Shown here: positions 19,734 to 30,141 of the stretch, piece after piece
Layout of the letters: each line of letters starts with the position of its first letter
How positions within the stretch are numbered: the first letter of the stretch is position 1
The notes under the pieces: model-generated
Told to the model about the DNA's origin: nothing
Seen by the model: only the letters and a program-made list of their open reading frames with translations
Databases searched by the model: none
Sequence record: PZ386966.1
Direction: 5' to 3' (one strand)
DNA: 64,000 bases
Source of the DNA: a phage
Made by a program: the position numbers and the translations under genes

Positions 19734-21968
19734 ATGATTAAGACAATTAAAAAATCAAATGGTACAGTAGTAAGCTTTGACCCAGAAAGACCGAATAAGT
19801 GGGCGTCATGGGCAGATAAACATGGAATTATCTGGTCAGAAGTCACTATGGAAGCTGTGAAACGTGTTTATGAAGGATGCACCACAAAAGAGATGCACCA
19901 AGCCATGATTGATGTTTGTGTTGATAAACAAACTCAAGAGTACTCAGAGATGGCTGGACGGCTACTTTTGGGTATCATCTACAAAGAAGCCTTTGGAGGC
20001 TTTACTAAGGTTCCTACGCTGGTTACCTTTGTTAAAAATATGGAGAGAGCAGGACTTTGGGAGAAGATGGATTATTCACAGGAAGAGCTTGAATACCTGC
20101 AAGGTTACATCGTACACTCAAAAGATATCTCTTACGGTTATGCAGTCTTGAAACAGTTCAGAGACAAGTATGGTATCCGTGATATTAAAACTGGAAGACT
20201 TTTTGAGTCACCACAGTTTATGTTTATGGGTATGGCTATGAAAGCCTTTGAGAAGCAACCAAAGCACCGTAGACTGCAAGATGTTATCAAGCTGTACACT
20301 TACCTGTCTGACCTGAAGATTAATGCTCCTACACCTTATTTAAACGGTTTAAGAGCCACCAAGTCAGGCTATGCGTCATGCTGTTTGATTAAGGCAAATG
20401 ATACTGCTGAGTCCCTCGGTATTGCTGCAAAGGTTGCTTATGATATGACCACAAAGCAAGCTGGTATTGGTATGCTGATGGAGACACGTACCATTGGTGA
20501 TGGTATCCGTCAAAATACGATTGAGCACATGGGTAAACTACCTTATTACAAGCTTGTACGCTCATCTGTAGAGGCAAACAAACAGAAGAGTCGTGGTGGT
20601 TCAGCTAATAACTTCTACACTGCTCTAGACCCGCAGATTGAAGATTTACTGCGTTTGAAGCACCCTACAACGGTTCCTTCTAAACGTATTAATGAGATGG
20701 ACTACTCATTCGGCACAAACGATTATTTCTGGCAGTGTGTTCAGTATGATACAGATTGGTTGCTATTCTCTTACAAAGATGCACCAAAACTCTATGACAT
20801 GTTCTACACAGCATCTGCTGATGAGTTTGCTATGGCAGTTGGTCACGCAGTACATTCAGGAGTTAAGCACAGACGAGTCAAGGCTCGTGAAATTGCTAAG
20901 CTGTTTATTCAGCAGCGTTATGCTACAGGTCGTGTGTATCCATTCTTCACTAACAATGCAAACACACATACACCATTTAAAGAGCCTTTGAAGATGTCAA
21001 ATCTTTGTATGGAAATTGTGTTGCCAGTGTATGGTTTTGAGAAAGAGACAGACCTTTACAGAGATGATGCTGTGAAAGAGGATGGTGAGGTGGCTCTTTG
21101 CTTCCTAGCTAGTTTGGTTGCAGGGAGAATTTCAGAAGATGAATACGCTGACGTTGCTTATTATGCTCTTGCAATGGTTGACTCCGTTATTGACCTTATG
21201 GATTATCCGTATCCGTCGATGCGTAACCATGTTCAGAAGCGTCGTTCTGTTGGGATTGGCCTTACAAATGTGGCTCATTACCTTGCGAAGAACTATGTGA
21301 ACTACTCTTCACGAGCAGGTAAGACGAAGCTTCATGAACTTGCAGAGATGCACTCTTACTATCTGCATGAAGCCTCTCTGAGACTGGCTAAAGAGCGTGG
21401 TGTTCCAGAATACATGAAGTTCACTAAGTATCCTGAAGGCTGGGTTCCTCCAAAGACAGCTAACAAGAAAATTGATGAAAAGCATGATGCAAAACTACGA
21501 TATGATTGGGATGACTTAGCACAACGTATCAAAGAAAATGGTGGAATCCGAAACTCTGTATTAGAAGCTTACATGCCTAATGAGAGTTCTTCACTAGCAA
21601 CTAATACGACAAATGGCTTGTATCCAATTCGTGACTTTATTTTAACTAAAAAGTCTGCAACTGGTAACGTACTGTTTATTGTTCCAGATTATGAAGAGTT
21701 GAAGTATGTCTATGAAATTGCTTGGGATATTGACACCTTTGATATGATTGATTGTTATGCAATTGTTCAAAAGTTCACTGGTCAAGCTATCTCTTCAGAC
21801 TTCTATGTTGACTATGCAAAGTCTAAGAAGGTATCATTGTCTCAAGCTTTGAAGTACATGATTTATGCCAACTCGGTAGGTATGAAAACCATGTACTACC
21901 TTAACAGTCGCATTGGTGTAGGTAAATCTGCACTGCAAGATGCTTATTGCGAGGGTTGTGGTGTTTAG
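19734..21968 (+). CDS. nrdA: ribonucleoside-diphosphate reductase large subunit (class I)
   Basis: 744 aa; catalytic-site NLCMEIVLP motif. Confidence 0.85.
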   Translation: MIKTIKKSNGTVVSFDPERPNKWASWADKHGIIWSEVTMEAVKRVYEGCTTKEMHQAMIDVCVDKQTQEYSEMAGRLLLGIIYKEAFGGFTKVPTLVTFVKNMERAGLWEKMDYSQEELEYLQGYIVHSKDISYGYAVLKQFRDKYGIRDIKTGRLFESPQFMFMGMAMKAFEKQPKHRRLQDVIKLYTYLSDLKINAPTPYLNGLRATKSGYASCCLIKANDTAESLGIAAKVAYDMTTKQAGIGMLMETRTIGDGIRQNTIEHMGKLPYYKLVRSSVEANKQKSRGGSANNFYTALDPQIEDLLRLKHPTTVPSKRINEMDYSFGTNDYFWQCVQYDTDWLLFSYKDAPKLYDMFYTASADEFAMAVGHAVHSGVKHRRVKAREIAKLFIQQRYATGRVYPFFTNNANTHTPFKEPLKMSNLCMEIVLPVYGFEKETDLYRDDAVKEDGEVALCFLASLVAGRISEDEYADVAYYALAMVDSVIDLMDYPYPSMRNHVQKRRSVGIGLTNVAHYLAKNYVNYSSRAGKTKLHELAEMHSYYLHEASLRLAKERGVPEYMKFTKYPEGWVPPKTANKKIDEKHDAKLRYDWDDLAQRIKENGGIRNSVLEAYMPNESSSLATNTTNGLYPIRDFILTKKSATGNVLFIVPDYEELKYVYEIAWDIDTFDMIDCYAIVQKFTGQAISSDFYVDYAKSKKVSLSQALKYMIYANSVGMKTMYYLNSRIGVGKSALQDAYCEGCGV

Positions 21969-22023
21969 TTTTAACAACTATGAGGGTCGTAAAAGACCCT
22001 CTAAAAATAACTTTGGAGAGACC

Positions 22024-22281
22024 ATGAAAGATTTAATAGAAAAACATGAGCGACCTATATACTTGCTCCACAAGCCTCGGAAAACGATGTACTATGTGAG
22101 TAGCACAGACATGATGATAAAACAAAATGATGACTCATGGGTTGCTGGTATCTCTTACATCTCTACAGCAGATGGTAAAATCTACGCAAGACCTTATGAG
22201 ATGTTTAACAAAGAAAATTGGGAAGTTTTAGACAGAAAACAAGCCTTAGAAATGATAAAGAAAGGAGAAATCACGCTATGA
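22024..22281 (+). CDS. hypothetical protein between nrdA and nrdB
   Basis: ORF 21940-22281 trimmed to Met with GGAGAG RBS. Confidence 0.35.
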   Translation: MKDLIEKHERPIYLLHKPRKTMYYVSSTDMMIKQNDDSWVAGISYISTADGKIYARPYEMFNKENWEVLDRKQALEMIKKGEITL

Positions 22282-23351
22282 TTAACCAGCACCCAATCTT
22301 TTTAGGTGGTGAGAGAAAAACTTTTGACTCACTTAATAAGCACTACCCAAAAATCTTTGAACTTTATAAACAACAAAAAGCACAAGATTGGTCAGAAGAT
22401 GAGTTCCCTTTTGAACAATCACGTCTTGATTTTGAGAGTGTCCCAGCATCAATGTCAGGTGTAATGCTTGAGATTCTTAAGTGGCAATGGGAAGCAGATA
22501 CTCAAGTTGCTAAGAGCTTGGCATTTGCCTTTGCACCCTTTATCTCTGATGACATTTATGCAACTGCAATTATGAAGCAGTCTGAGATTGAAAACCTACA
22601 TGCTCTTACTTACTCGGAGATTGTAAGACAATGTATTAAAAACCCTGAAACAATCTTAGATGAGATTAACCAGAATGTTGCTGTGCAAGACCGATTAAAA
22701 ACTGTGAATCGTGTTCTTGAAGAATTACTGGATGAAGGGATAAACTACCGACTGAGTTATGTCCGTGATTCACTTCTGGACAAAGACCCTTTACACTTCC
22801 ATAAAGTGATTCTGAAAGGTCTATTTGCAGTGACTGCACTGGAGGGTATATCTTTTATGGCATCCTTTGCATGTACTTTTGCACTTGATGCTCAAGATAA
22901 ATTTCAGGGTATTGCTCAAGCTGTCCAGAAGATTATGCTTGATGAAATCCTTCACACTAAAATTGATATTGAAGTTTTAAAAGAAACTTTAAGAGATGAT
23001 GCGTGGCAGAAAGCTTTTCAACAAATTCTTCCAGAGATTAAAGTAATCTTAGATGAAGTAGTTGAAAGTGAAGAGAAATGGTCGTATTATATCTTCTCCG
23101 AAGGACGTGCTGTAGTTGGCTTAAATACAAAGCTTCTTCATGAGTGGGTTTACTATAATGCTGCCCCACTGTATGATATGTTTGGCATTCCCAGAGATTT
23201 TGTAGCTCCTAAAGAACCACCTTTGAAGTACATGATTAAGAAGATGGAAATTGATAAAGAGCAGAATGCTAATCAGGAGCAACAGAACGGTGCGTACCTA
23301 TTGAATACTGTTGTAGATGATTTGAATAGTGGATTTTTAGAGGTTCCTTAA
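22278..23351 (+). CDS. nrdB: ribonucleoside-diphosphate reductase small subunit
   Basis: Ferritin-like di-iron protein; likely start MINQHPIF at 22278 with AGGAG RBS. Confidence 0.8.
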   Translation: MINQHPIFLGGERKTFDSLNKHYPKIFELYKQQKAQDWSEDEFPFEQSRLDFESVPASMSGVMLEILKWQWEADTQVAKSLAFAFAPFISDDIYATAIMKQSEIENLHALTYSEIVRQCIKNPETILDEINQNVAVQDRLKTVNRVLEELLDEGINYRLSYVRDSLLDKDPLHFHKVILKGLFAVTALEGISFMASFACTFALDAQDKFQGIAQAVQKIMLDEILHTKIDIEVLKETLRDDAWQKAFQQILPEIKVILDEVVESEEKWSYYIFSEGRAVVGLNTKLLHEWVYYNAAPLYDMFGIPRDFVAPKEPPLKYMIKKMEIDKEQNANQEQQNGAYLLNTVVDDLNSGFLEVP

Positions 23352-23593
23352 TGACTTATGTAATTTACTCCAAAACTGGATGCCCTCAGTGTGAGACTGC
23401 AAAGAATTTCGCAAAAGTTCGTGGTATTGACCATGTTGTGAGAATGTTAGGGCAGGACTATGAACTATCAGACCTGATGGATATTGCACAGATGCCAGTT
23501 CGTCAGATGCCATTCATCATGAAAACCGATGGACAAAACCTAAAACCTGTTGGGACGCTACAGAATTTTATGGCAGAGGTGAATAATGCTTAA
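23351..23593 (+). CDS. glutaredoxin/NrdH-like redoxin
   Basis: 80 aa, CPQC active site near N-terminus, adjacent to nrdAB. Confidence 0.65.
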   Translation: MTYVIYSKTGCPQCETAKNFAKVRGIDHVVRMLGQDYELSDLMDIAQMPVRQMPFIMKTDGQNLKPVGTLQNFMAEVNNA

Positions 23594-23792
23594 ACGCATT
23601 TGGGAAGGTTTGGTTGTTGATGCACCAGCTATTGTGATTGGTATGCTTATTGTTAACCTATTTACTGACTTTGAACAAGGTTCATTGTTTGGAGCCATGT
23701 TACTATGGGTTATCTTCGAAATATTAGAGATACAGTTAGGTATCACTGAAAAACTAAGAGAACTCTTTGCGAAGTTTTCTAAAAAGATTTAA
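23586..23792 (+). CDS. small membrane protein
   Basis: 68 aa with two hydrophobic segments. Confidence 0.35.
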   Translation: MLKRIWEGLVVDAPAIVIGMLIVNLFTDFEQGSLFGAMLLWVIFEILEIQLGITEKLRELFAKFSKKI

Positions 23793-23800
23793 AATGAAAG

Positions 23801-23821
23801 GGTCTCTTCGGAGACCTTTTT
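23801..23821 (+). terminator. intrinsic terminator
   Basis: GGTCTC-TTCG-GAGACC then TTTTT. Confidence 0.6.
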
Positions 23822-23840
23822 AGCATGTAAAGGGGAAATA

Positions 23841-25985
23841 ATGAACAAAGTACAGATTATTAAAAAGAATGGCTCACTCGAAGAACCTGATATCAAAAAA
23901 GTTTTAGCAGCAGTCACAAAGTCAGCTAATAGGATTGGGTATAAAGAACTCCCACCAGATGTTACTCAAGCTCTTGAGTCAGCATTTATGAGGATTCTGG
24001 TAAAGTCCACTAAGCAGAATAATTTGCTAATTTCTGTAAACGATATTCACAGTATTGTTGAGGGTGCTTTGGCAGAAGTCAATCACGAAATTTATGAGTC
24101 TTACTCAACATACAGAAATTACCGTAAAGAAGTTGCTCAAAATTGGGATGAACTCTACCAGAAGACCAGAGATACACTCTTCTTAGGTGACAGAGAGAAT
24201 GCTAACTTTGACAGCAGTTTAATTTCTACAAAAGGTTCAATTATTCGTGGTTACCTGACTAAAGAAATCTTTAAACAGTACCATTTAACACCAGAGGAAC
24301 TTGAAGCCATTGAAAAAGGGTTTATCTATATCCATGATTTAAGAGACCTAATTTTTGGTGGTATCAACTGTTGCCTGTTTGACATTGGTAAAGTACTGAA
24401 AGGTGGCTTTGAAATGTCTGGCATTGAATATTGTGAACCAAAGTCTGTGCTATCAGCCTTACAGGTTATTGGTGATGTAGTTCTTTCAGCAACTGCACAG
24501 CAATTTGGTGGCTTTACTTTAGCAGAGATTGATAAGGTACTTGTACCGTATGCTAAGAAGTCTCTACGCTATCATGCTGAGAAAGCAGCATCTTATGGTA
24601 TTCCTAAAGAACATTACCACAATTATGTCATGGAGCAGCTACAGATTGAACTGACTCAAGGTTTCCAGTCACTTGAAATGAAACTAAACACTGTACCTTG
24701 TAGCCGTGGGGATTTTGCATTCACAACTTTGACATTCGGGTTACTTGACTCAGATATGTCCAATGAAGATAACCGACTACAATACATGATTGCAAGTACT
24801 CTCCTAGATGTTCGTATGAATGGACAAGGTAAGAGTAAGAAACCTGTTGTATTCCCTAAACTGGTTTATATTTATGACCAGAAGAGACATAATGAGAATA
24901 TCTGTCAAGGACACCTGTACAGTAAAGCCATTGAGTGTTGCTCTAAAGCAATGTATCCAGATTTCTTAAGTGTATCTGGTCATGGTGCTGTAGCAGAGGC
25001 TTTTGAGCGTTCTGGTAAGGTTATTTCACCGATGGGTTGTAGAGCCTTCTTATCTCCATATTTTAACGAGAGTGGAGAAGAGTTCTATGTTGGTCGTGCT
25101 AATATTGGTGCTGTATCTTTGAACTTACCAATGATTTATCAGCACGCCAAAGAGAATGGATTAGATTTCTGGAAAGAGCTTGATAAGTACCTAGAAATGA
25201 TTCGCAGCTTCCACAAGAAACGTTACGAAATGATTGCTAATATACCAGCAAGTTCTAACCCTCTTGCATTCACACAAGGTGGTCTGTACAAAGGGAATAA
25301 GAAACCTACTGACAGGGTTGGTTGGGATATCGTGAAGTCCTTCACAGCTTCTTTTGGGGTTACTGCGCTTGATGAGCTATCTGTTCTTGCTGAAGGTAAA
25401 CGACTTCATGAAGTTGGAAGCTGTAGTTTTGCATACGATGTTCTGGAATACATCAACATGAAAACTGAAGAGTTTAAAAATGAAGACGGCTTCTTATATG
25501 CAGTCTATGGTACTCCAGCAGAATCACTTTGTGGAACTCAGCTAAAACAGTTCAGAGATATGTTTGGCGTTATCAAAGGTGTTTCTGATAAGGAATACTT
25601 TACAAACAGCTTCCATATGAATGTTGCAGCAGACATCTCACCATTTGAGAAGCAAGACTTAGAAGAACCATTCTTCCATATCTGTAGAGGTGGTAGAATC
25701 CAGTATGTAAGAGTAGCTAACCCAGAAAACTTATCAGCACTTAAAAGTTGTATTACGAGAGGTATGTTGAAAGGTTTCTATCAGGGACTTAACTTTGACT
25801 TAGCAATCTGTGAACATTGTGGTAACAGACCAAAGGCTGATGTTGAAGAATGTGAGGTTTGCCATTCACACGACATCTCTGTGATTAACAGGGTGTGCGG
25901 ATATCTTGGGTGGACTAAGATTAAAGGTGAATCCCGAATGAATGATGCAAAAATCGCTGAGATTCGTGACAGAGTTTCTATGTAA
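23841..25985 (+). CDS. nrdD: anaerobic ribonucleoside-triphosphate reductase
   Basis: 714 aa; C-terminal glycyl-radical motif RVCGYLG and Cys-rich zinc site. Confidence 0.85.
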   Translation: MNKVQIIKKNGSLEEPDIKKVLAAVTKSANRIGYKELPPDVTQALESAFMRILVKSTKQNNLLISVNDIHSIVEGALAEVNHEIYESYSTYRNYRKEVAQNWDELYQKTRDTLFLGDRENANFDSSLISTKGSIIRGYLTKEIFKQYHLTPEELEAIEKGFIYIHDLRDLIFGGINCCLFDIGKVLKGGFEMSGIEYCEPKSVLSALQVIGDVVLSATAQQFGGFTLAEIDKVLVPYAKKSLRYHAEKAASYGIPKEHYHNYVMEQLQIELTQGFQSLEMKLNTVPCSRGDFAFTTLTFGLLDSDMSNEDNRLQYMIASTLLDVRMNGQGKSKKPVVFPKLVYIYDQKRHNENICQGHLYSKAIECCSKAMYPDFLSVSGHGAVAEAFERSGKVISPMGCRAFLSPYFNESGEEFYVGRANIGAVSLNLPMIYQHAKENGLDFWKELDKYLEMIRSFHKKRYEMIANIPASSNPLAFTQGGLYKGNKKPTDRVGWDIVKSFTASFGVTALDELSVLAEGKRLHEVGSCSFAYDVLEYINMKTEEFKNEDGFLYAVYGTPAESLCGTQLKQFRDMFGVIKGVSDKEYFTNSFHMNVAADISPFEKQDLEEPFFHICRGGRIQYVRVANPENLSALKSCITRGMLKGFYQGLNFDLAICEHCGNRPKADVEECEVCHSHDISVINRVCGYLGWTKIKGESRMNDAKIAEIRDRVSM

Positions 25986-25996
25986 AACTTGACATG

Positions 25997-26034
25997 GTGG
26001 TGTGAGTCTTGATAGGCTTACACCACCTTTTTTA
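25997..26034 (+). terminator. intrinsic terminator
   Basis: GGTGGTG...CACCACC stem then TTTTTT. Confidence 0.55.
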
Positions 26035-26139
26035 TTGGATGTTAGATATGGCAGAGAACATCATTGGCCTATTCATAGGCTCTGTCTTACTAGGGTTCTT
26101 TTTAGGACTCTCTTATTGTGAATTAAGAGGCAAGCTAAA

Positions 26140-26340
26140 ATGTTTAAAATATCAAAAACGTTGATATACATACTACACATAGTAATCTTCTTCTTTGGTG
26201 TTAGTGTTATGGTGTGGGGTTTCTCAGACCCACAATGGAGTTTCTCATATCATGGTCAGATGGATTTATGGTCATGCTTCAAACCATTTTTAGGGTTAGC
26301 TATAGCATTCAGTGCATTACCAACTAAGGTGAAATTATGA
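26140..26340 (+). CDS. small membrane protein
   Basis: 66 aa hydrophobic ORF. Confidence 0.35.
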   Translation: MFKISKTLIYILHIVIFFFGVSVMVWGFSDPQWSFSYHGQMDLWSCFKPFLGLAIAFSALPTKVKL

Positions 26341-26732
26341 TTAAGTTGAGCCAAAAACAGTTAGAGTGGATTAAAGATTATGCCTCAGAGTGTGGCTCTT
26401 GCAAAAAGAATCACGTAAGATACTCAACATTCCACACGGTCTTCACATTGTATATTGGTGACAATGTTCTAAGTGATTCTGTAGAAGATAGTGTAGCATT
26501 ACCTAATGAATTACTTGATAAACTAGCTGTAGTCACTGGAACTTGGTCTGAAGAAGACGGTCATGAATTATCTGACGATGTTGTCTTCTACACCCTTGAA
26601 AACATCATGAATCCAGAGTACATTATGCTAATGACTTGCGCACAAGATTGTGTACCATTACAAAACTTTATTAAAGAGCACTGTGAAGAGTTTATTACTA
26701 AACAGGTTCCTTGTCAGGTGGTGTTTGAATGA
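26337..26732 (+). CDS. hypothetical protein
   Basis: 131 aa ORF, overlapping stop/start with neighbours. Confidence 0.4.
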   Translation: MIKLSQKQLEWIKDYASECGSCKKNHVRYSTFHTVFTLYIGDNVLSDSVEDSVALPNELLDKLAVVTGTWSEEDGHELSDDVVFYTLENIMNPEYIMLMTCAQDCVPLQNFIKEHCEEFITKQVPCQVVFE

Positions 26733-27028
26733 GTAAAACAATTCGAAGAAAAGGTTTAAAGAACGTTCATGGACTTTATGAGTGGAGAAATGAGGTACGG
26801 AACAGAGAAAACGCTTCAGATGTCTACTTCCATTCTGATATGATGTCCAGAAAAGGTGGCTCTTATGACTTTACAAGTCAGCCTTGTAGAGAGATTAAGC
26901 AGGCTACTAAACGTCTTACAAGAACACAAATCAGTCAGCTTTCTAAGACATCCTTCTTAGATGAAGATTTTGACATTGACAGCAAGTCTCCAAAGAAAGC
27001 TGCTCAGAGCACTTATATGTATTGGTGA
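26729..27028 (+). CDS. hypothetical protein
   Basis: 99 aa ORF. Confidence 0.4.
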   Translation: MSKTIRRKGLKNVHGLYEWRNEVRNRENASDVYFHSDMMSRKGGSYDFTSQPCREIKQATKRLTRTQISQLSKTSFLDEDFDIDSKSPKKAAQSTYMYW

Positions 27029-27037
27029 GGTAACTAG

Positions 27038-27523
27038 ATGAATTACATGGAGATTCGACCTTTTGATACAGCTAATGGTGAAGGGGTTCGTGTAAGCCTC
27101 TTCGTAGCTGGCTGTAAACATCACTGTGAAGGCTGCTTTAACAGGGAGTCTTGGAAGTTTAATGCTGGTAAAGTGTTCACTTACGCAAACCTCTACGGCA
27201 TCATTAGGTTAATGGATGATGAGGCCATCAGTGGGTTGTCAATACTTGGTGGGGAGCCTCTGGATGATAGAAATATTCAAGAGGTGACCGACATATGCAA
27301 ACGTATTAAAACCATTTACCCAGAAAAATCTATCTGGCTCTGGACAGGTTTTCAGTTACACGAAAAAATTCACCTAGATGTGATGAAATATGTTGACGTG
27401 GTGATTGATGGTAAGTATGATTCATCTAAACCAACAGTTAAACCATATCGTGGTTCTGATAACCAAAACCTCTGGAGAAAAGAGTATGGGTGGCAAGGCG
27501 ATTGTCAATGGCGAGCAGAATGA
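27038..27523 (+). CDS. nrdG: anaerobic ribonucleotide reductase activating protein (radical SAM)
   Basis: CKHHCEGC radical-SAM cysteine triad near N-terminus; follows nrdD. Confidence 0.8.
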   Translation: MNYMEIRPFDTANGEGVRVSLFVAGCKHHCEGCFNRESWKFNAGKVFTYANLYGIIRLMDDEAISGLSILGGEPLDDRNIQEVTDICKRIKTIYPEKSIWLWTGFQLHEKIHLDVMKYVDVVIDGKYDSSKPTVKPYRGSDNQNLWRKEYGWQGDCQWRAE

Positions 27524-27761
27524 TTATTCTGGTAAGTGGACTTACGACATCAACAAGTTAGATGCTTGGATGATTTATACGAGAGAAAAATTTGGTTCAC
27601 GTTCATTATGTGCTCTTGCAACGATTGTAAAGAATGTCACGTTTGTCATTCATGAATCAGATAAGTTTGGAGACTTCTACAGGGTTCAAAATATCAGAGA
27701 AGGTATCACCCCAATAGGTATCACTGAAGAAGAACTTCATAAGTTCTGTATTAAACTTTAA
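27486..27761 (+). CDS. hypothetical protein
   Basis: ORF 27405-27761 trimmed to Met 27486 with RBS. Confidence 0.3.
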   Translation: MGGKAIVNGEQNDYSGKWTYDINKLDAWMIYTREKFGSRSLCALATIVKNVTFVIHESDKFGDFYRVQNIREGITPIGITEEELHKFCIKL

Positions 27762-27776
27762 TGAGAGAGGCTAAAA

Positions 27777-28043
27777 ATGGGAATTTTAGGTAATATGAAA
27801 GCTGGCTTCTTGAAGGCACTGACAAAAGCAGTAGCAATTGTTTCTATGACTGGAAAGCAAGTTGGTGTAGATGCTTCAGCAGTTGCACAGGTTCTTGCAA
27901 GCCAAATAGAACAGCAGCCTTACATCCACGTTGGACGTGGTAAAGGTGGTAAGAAGCAGGCTCATCGTAAATCTGGTGCAGCAGCAATTAAACGTGCAGC
28001 TAAGAAAGCTCGTAACCGTAAACGTAACAAGAAGGCTAAATAA
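27777..28043 (+). CDS. small basic protein
   Basis: 88 aa, K/R-rich C-terminal tail. Confidence 0.4.
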   Translation: MGILGNMKAGFLKALTKAVAIVSMTGKQVGVDASAVAQVLASQIEQQPYIHVGRGKGGKKQAHRKSGAAAIKRAAKKARNRKRNKKAK

Positions 28044-28045
28044 TC

Positions 28046-28366
28046 ATGAGCAAAGTTTATAACACTCGTAAATTGCAGATTTTCGTACTGTGCCAGTTTA
28101 TGGCTAAAGAGTATAACTACTACTACTGTGGTACAGGGTTCATTAGTGACGATGATGGCTCATATCTACCATTCAAAGAAGCTGTAAAACTCTTCAATGA
28201 AGAGGAAAGCTCTAAGAAAGATATCGAAAAGGTCAAGCTAACCTATAGCAAGAAAGATAAGAAGATTATCTGCCTAGATAACTTTGTAAAAGTTACTGGA
28301 GAAGCAAAAGAGTTTATGGATGAGAGTGAGATTTCATTCACAAGCATCTTGAAAGTAGCTCAGTAA
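28046..28366 (+). CDS. hypothetical protein
   Basis: 106 aa ORF followed by hairpin terminator ~28380-28405. Confidence 0.4.
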   Translation: MSKVYNTRKLQIFVLCQFMAKEYNYYYCGTGFISDDDGSYLPFKEAVKLFNEEESSKKDIEKVKLTYSKKDKKIICLDNFVKVTGEAKEFMDESEISFTSILKVAQ

Positions 28367-28417
28367 ACAGATACTATAAGGGAACTGTAAAGGTTCCCTT
28401 TTTATTTTGGAGATGAT

Positions 28418-28933
28418 ATGTATCTGTCAAATCTAAAACGTTCTGCTGCAATGACAGTATTAAGACTCAGCTTTGAGGAACGTCAAGAGTTCATTGACTC
28501 CCACCAATACGACCCTTCTAACTCCAATCACATGATTCTATGGAATCGTGACAGCACTCGTGAGAGAGCACTATTCCGCTACTACCCACATTACACCATA
28601 GATAACCTGTATGAATGTTTTGTTGTGAAGAACACCATTACAGTACTCAATAAACTTTGCAGATACACAGGTAGTCAATCCTTCACATTAGGACACCACA
28701 AACCTGTTACAAAGGGTGGTGAGCATCACTGTGCAAACTGGTTTATCCAGACTAAACTTGATAACCAGAAGCAAGGAGATAACCTTCTAAGCACACCTAA
28801 GATGACCTATGAAGAGCAAGAGAAATATATCAAAAATAATATGCCAGATGTGCTTGACAACAACTATACAGATTTGGCAATATCTCTCCTGTTGAAGTTC
28901 GAGACAGTTTATAGGGCAACTTATAATGGCTAA
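28418..28933 (+). CDS. putative HNH-family nuclease
   Basis: HHKPVTKGGEHHCANWFIQTKLDNQKQGDN resembles HNH (His-Asn-His) core. Confidence 0.4.
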   Translation: MYLSNLKRSAAMTVLRLSFEERQEFIDSHQYDPSNSNHMILWNRDSTRERALFRYYPHYTIDNLYECFVVKNTITVLNKLCRYTGSQSFTLGHHKPVTKGGEHHCANWFIQTKLDNQKQGDNLLSTPKMTYEEQEKYIKNNMPDVLDNNYTDLAISLLLKFETVYRATYNG

Positions 28934-29204
28934 AGAAAAGTGGGAAATTTTACCATTAGTCAGTGAAGGTGGTAATGGTTGTGAAATGTATATGATACGG
29001 GGTCATGTTCCAGAACCAATTGCACTTGAGATGGTAAACAACTTTACAGATGGTTCATACAAAGATTTAGGGGAACCAACTGTCAAGCAACAATGGGTTA
29101 AACCTGTACCAGACAGCACAGGTAACTGTAGTGTACTTTACCACGTTGTAGACCCTGTAAAATGCAAATCTGCAATGGCAGTAACAAACGTAACTTTTGA
29201 TTGA
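28926..29204 (+). CDS. hypothetical protein
   Basis: 92 aa ORF. Confidence 0.35.
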   Translation: MAKEKWEILPLVSEGGNGCEMYMIRGHVPEPIALEMVNNFTDGSYKDLGEPTVKQQWVKPVPDSTGNCSVLYHVVDPVKCKSAMAVTNVTFD

Positions 29205-29215
29205 GAGAGAAAACT

Positions 29216-30097
29216 ATGAAAACTGTTATTGAAGCCGTCGTCACAGCACAAGAGAAATTCTTCCACACAGAAAAATTTAATATCATTCAATTCCCATCTG
29301 GAGAAATTGGTGGAAACTTCTCTGAAGATTTTGTTAAGTTTACTGAACGTAATGCTGGTAAGATTGACAATGTTATACTCACTGTGCAGGGGTATGACAA
29401 AGATACACTGTTTGCATTAGCTTTGGCTAAGGATGCCGTTGACAGTCTTGTTCCCCAGAAATCAGCGATGAAAACCGTTGTTTTCGGATACTTACCAAAT
29501 GCTCGATATGACCGTCATATGTTCAAAGGTGATTCAGCAGCACTGAAAGTTTTTGCCAACCTCGTTAATGCAATGGGTTTTGATGCAGTATGTGCTCTTG
29601 ACCCTCACAGTAATGTTGCAGAAAACTTATTTAAGTGCTTTCAGAGCATGAAGCAAAAAGATGTTGCAGCACACTTTGCAAGTGACCCACGCATTGATTT
29701 CTTGGTAGCACCAGATGCAGGTGCAGCTAAGAAGACTGAAGATGCCGCTAAAGAGGTAGATAAACCCTATATCACAATGTCTAAGGTTCGCAATCTTAAG
29801 ACTGGAGAAATCACTGGTATGCGAGTCCTTGACGATGTTGATTTGACCGATAAAACTGTCATGATTCTTGATGATATCTGTGATGGTGGTCGAACCTTCG
29901 TGGAGGCAGCTAAACACCTACGTGAAGCAGGTGCAAAACGTGTGGAACTCTATGTAACTCATGGTATTTTCTCTAAAGGTGTTGAAAGCTTACTTGACAA
30001 CGGTATTGACCATATCTACACTACAAACTCTTTAGGTGAAGCTAAAGACCGTGGCTTAACACATTATGGCCAAGTTACTGTAGCAACCATTGATTAA
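29216..30097 (+). CDS. ribose-phosphate pyrophosphokinase (Prs)-like enzyme; candidate ADP-ribose pyrophosphokinase of an NAD+ reconstitution pathway
   Basis: PRPP-binding-loop-like VMILDDICDGGRTF; size and layout of Prs family. Confidence 0.7.
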   Translation: MKTVIEAVVTAQEKFFHTEKFNIIQFPSGEIGGNFSEDFVKFTERNAGKIDNVILTVQGYDKDTLFALALAKDAVDSLVPQKSAMKTVVFGYLPNARYDRHMFKGDSAALKVFANLVNAMGFDAVCALDPHSNVAENLFKCFQSMKQKDVAAHFASDPRIDFLVAPDAGAAKKTEDAAKEVDKPYITMSKVRNLKTGEITGMRVLDDVDLTDKTVMILDDICDGGRTFVEAAKHLREAGAKRVELYVTHGIFSKGVESLLDNGIDHIYTTNSLGEAKDRGLTHYGQVTVATID

Positions 30098-30141
30098 AAC
30101 TTATAGGGGCTTAAAAGCCCCATTTTGAGAGAGATTAAAAG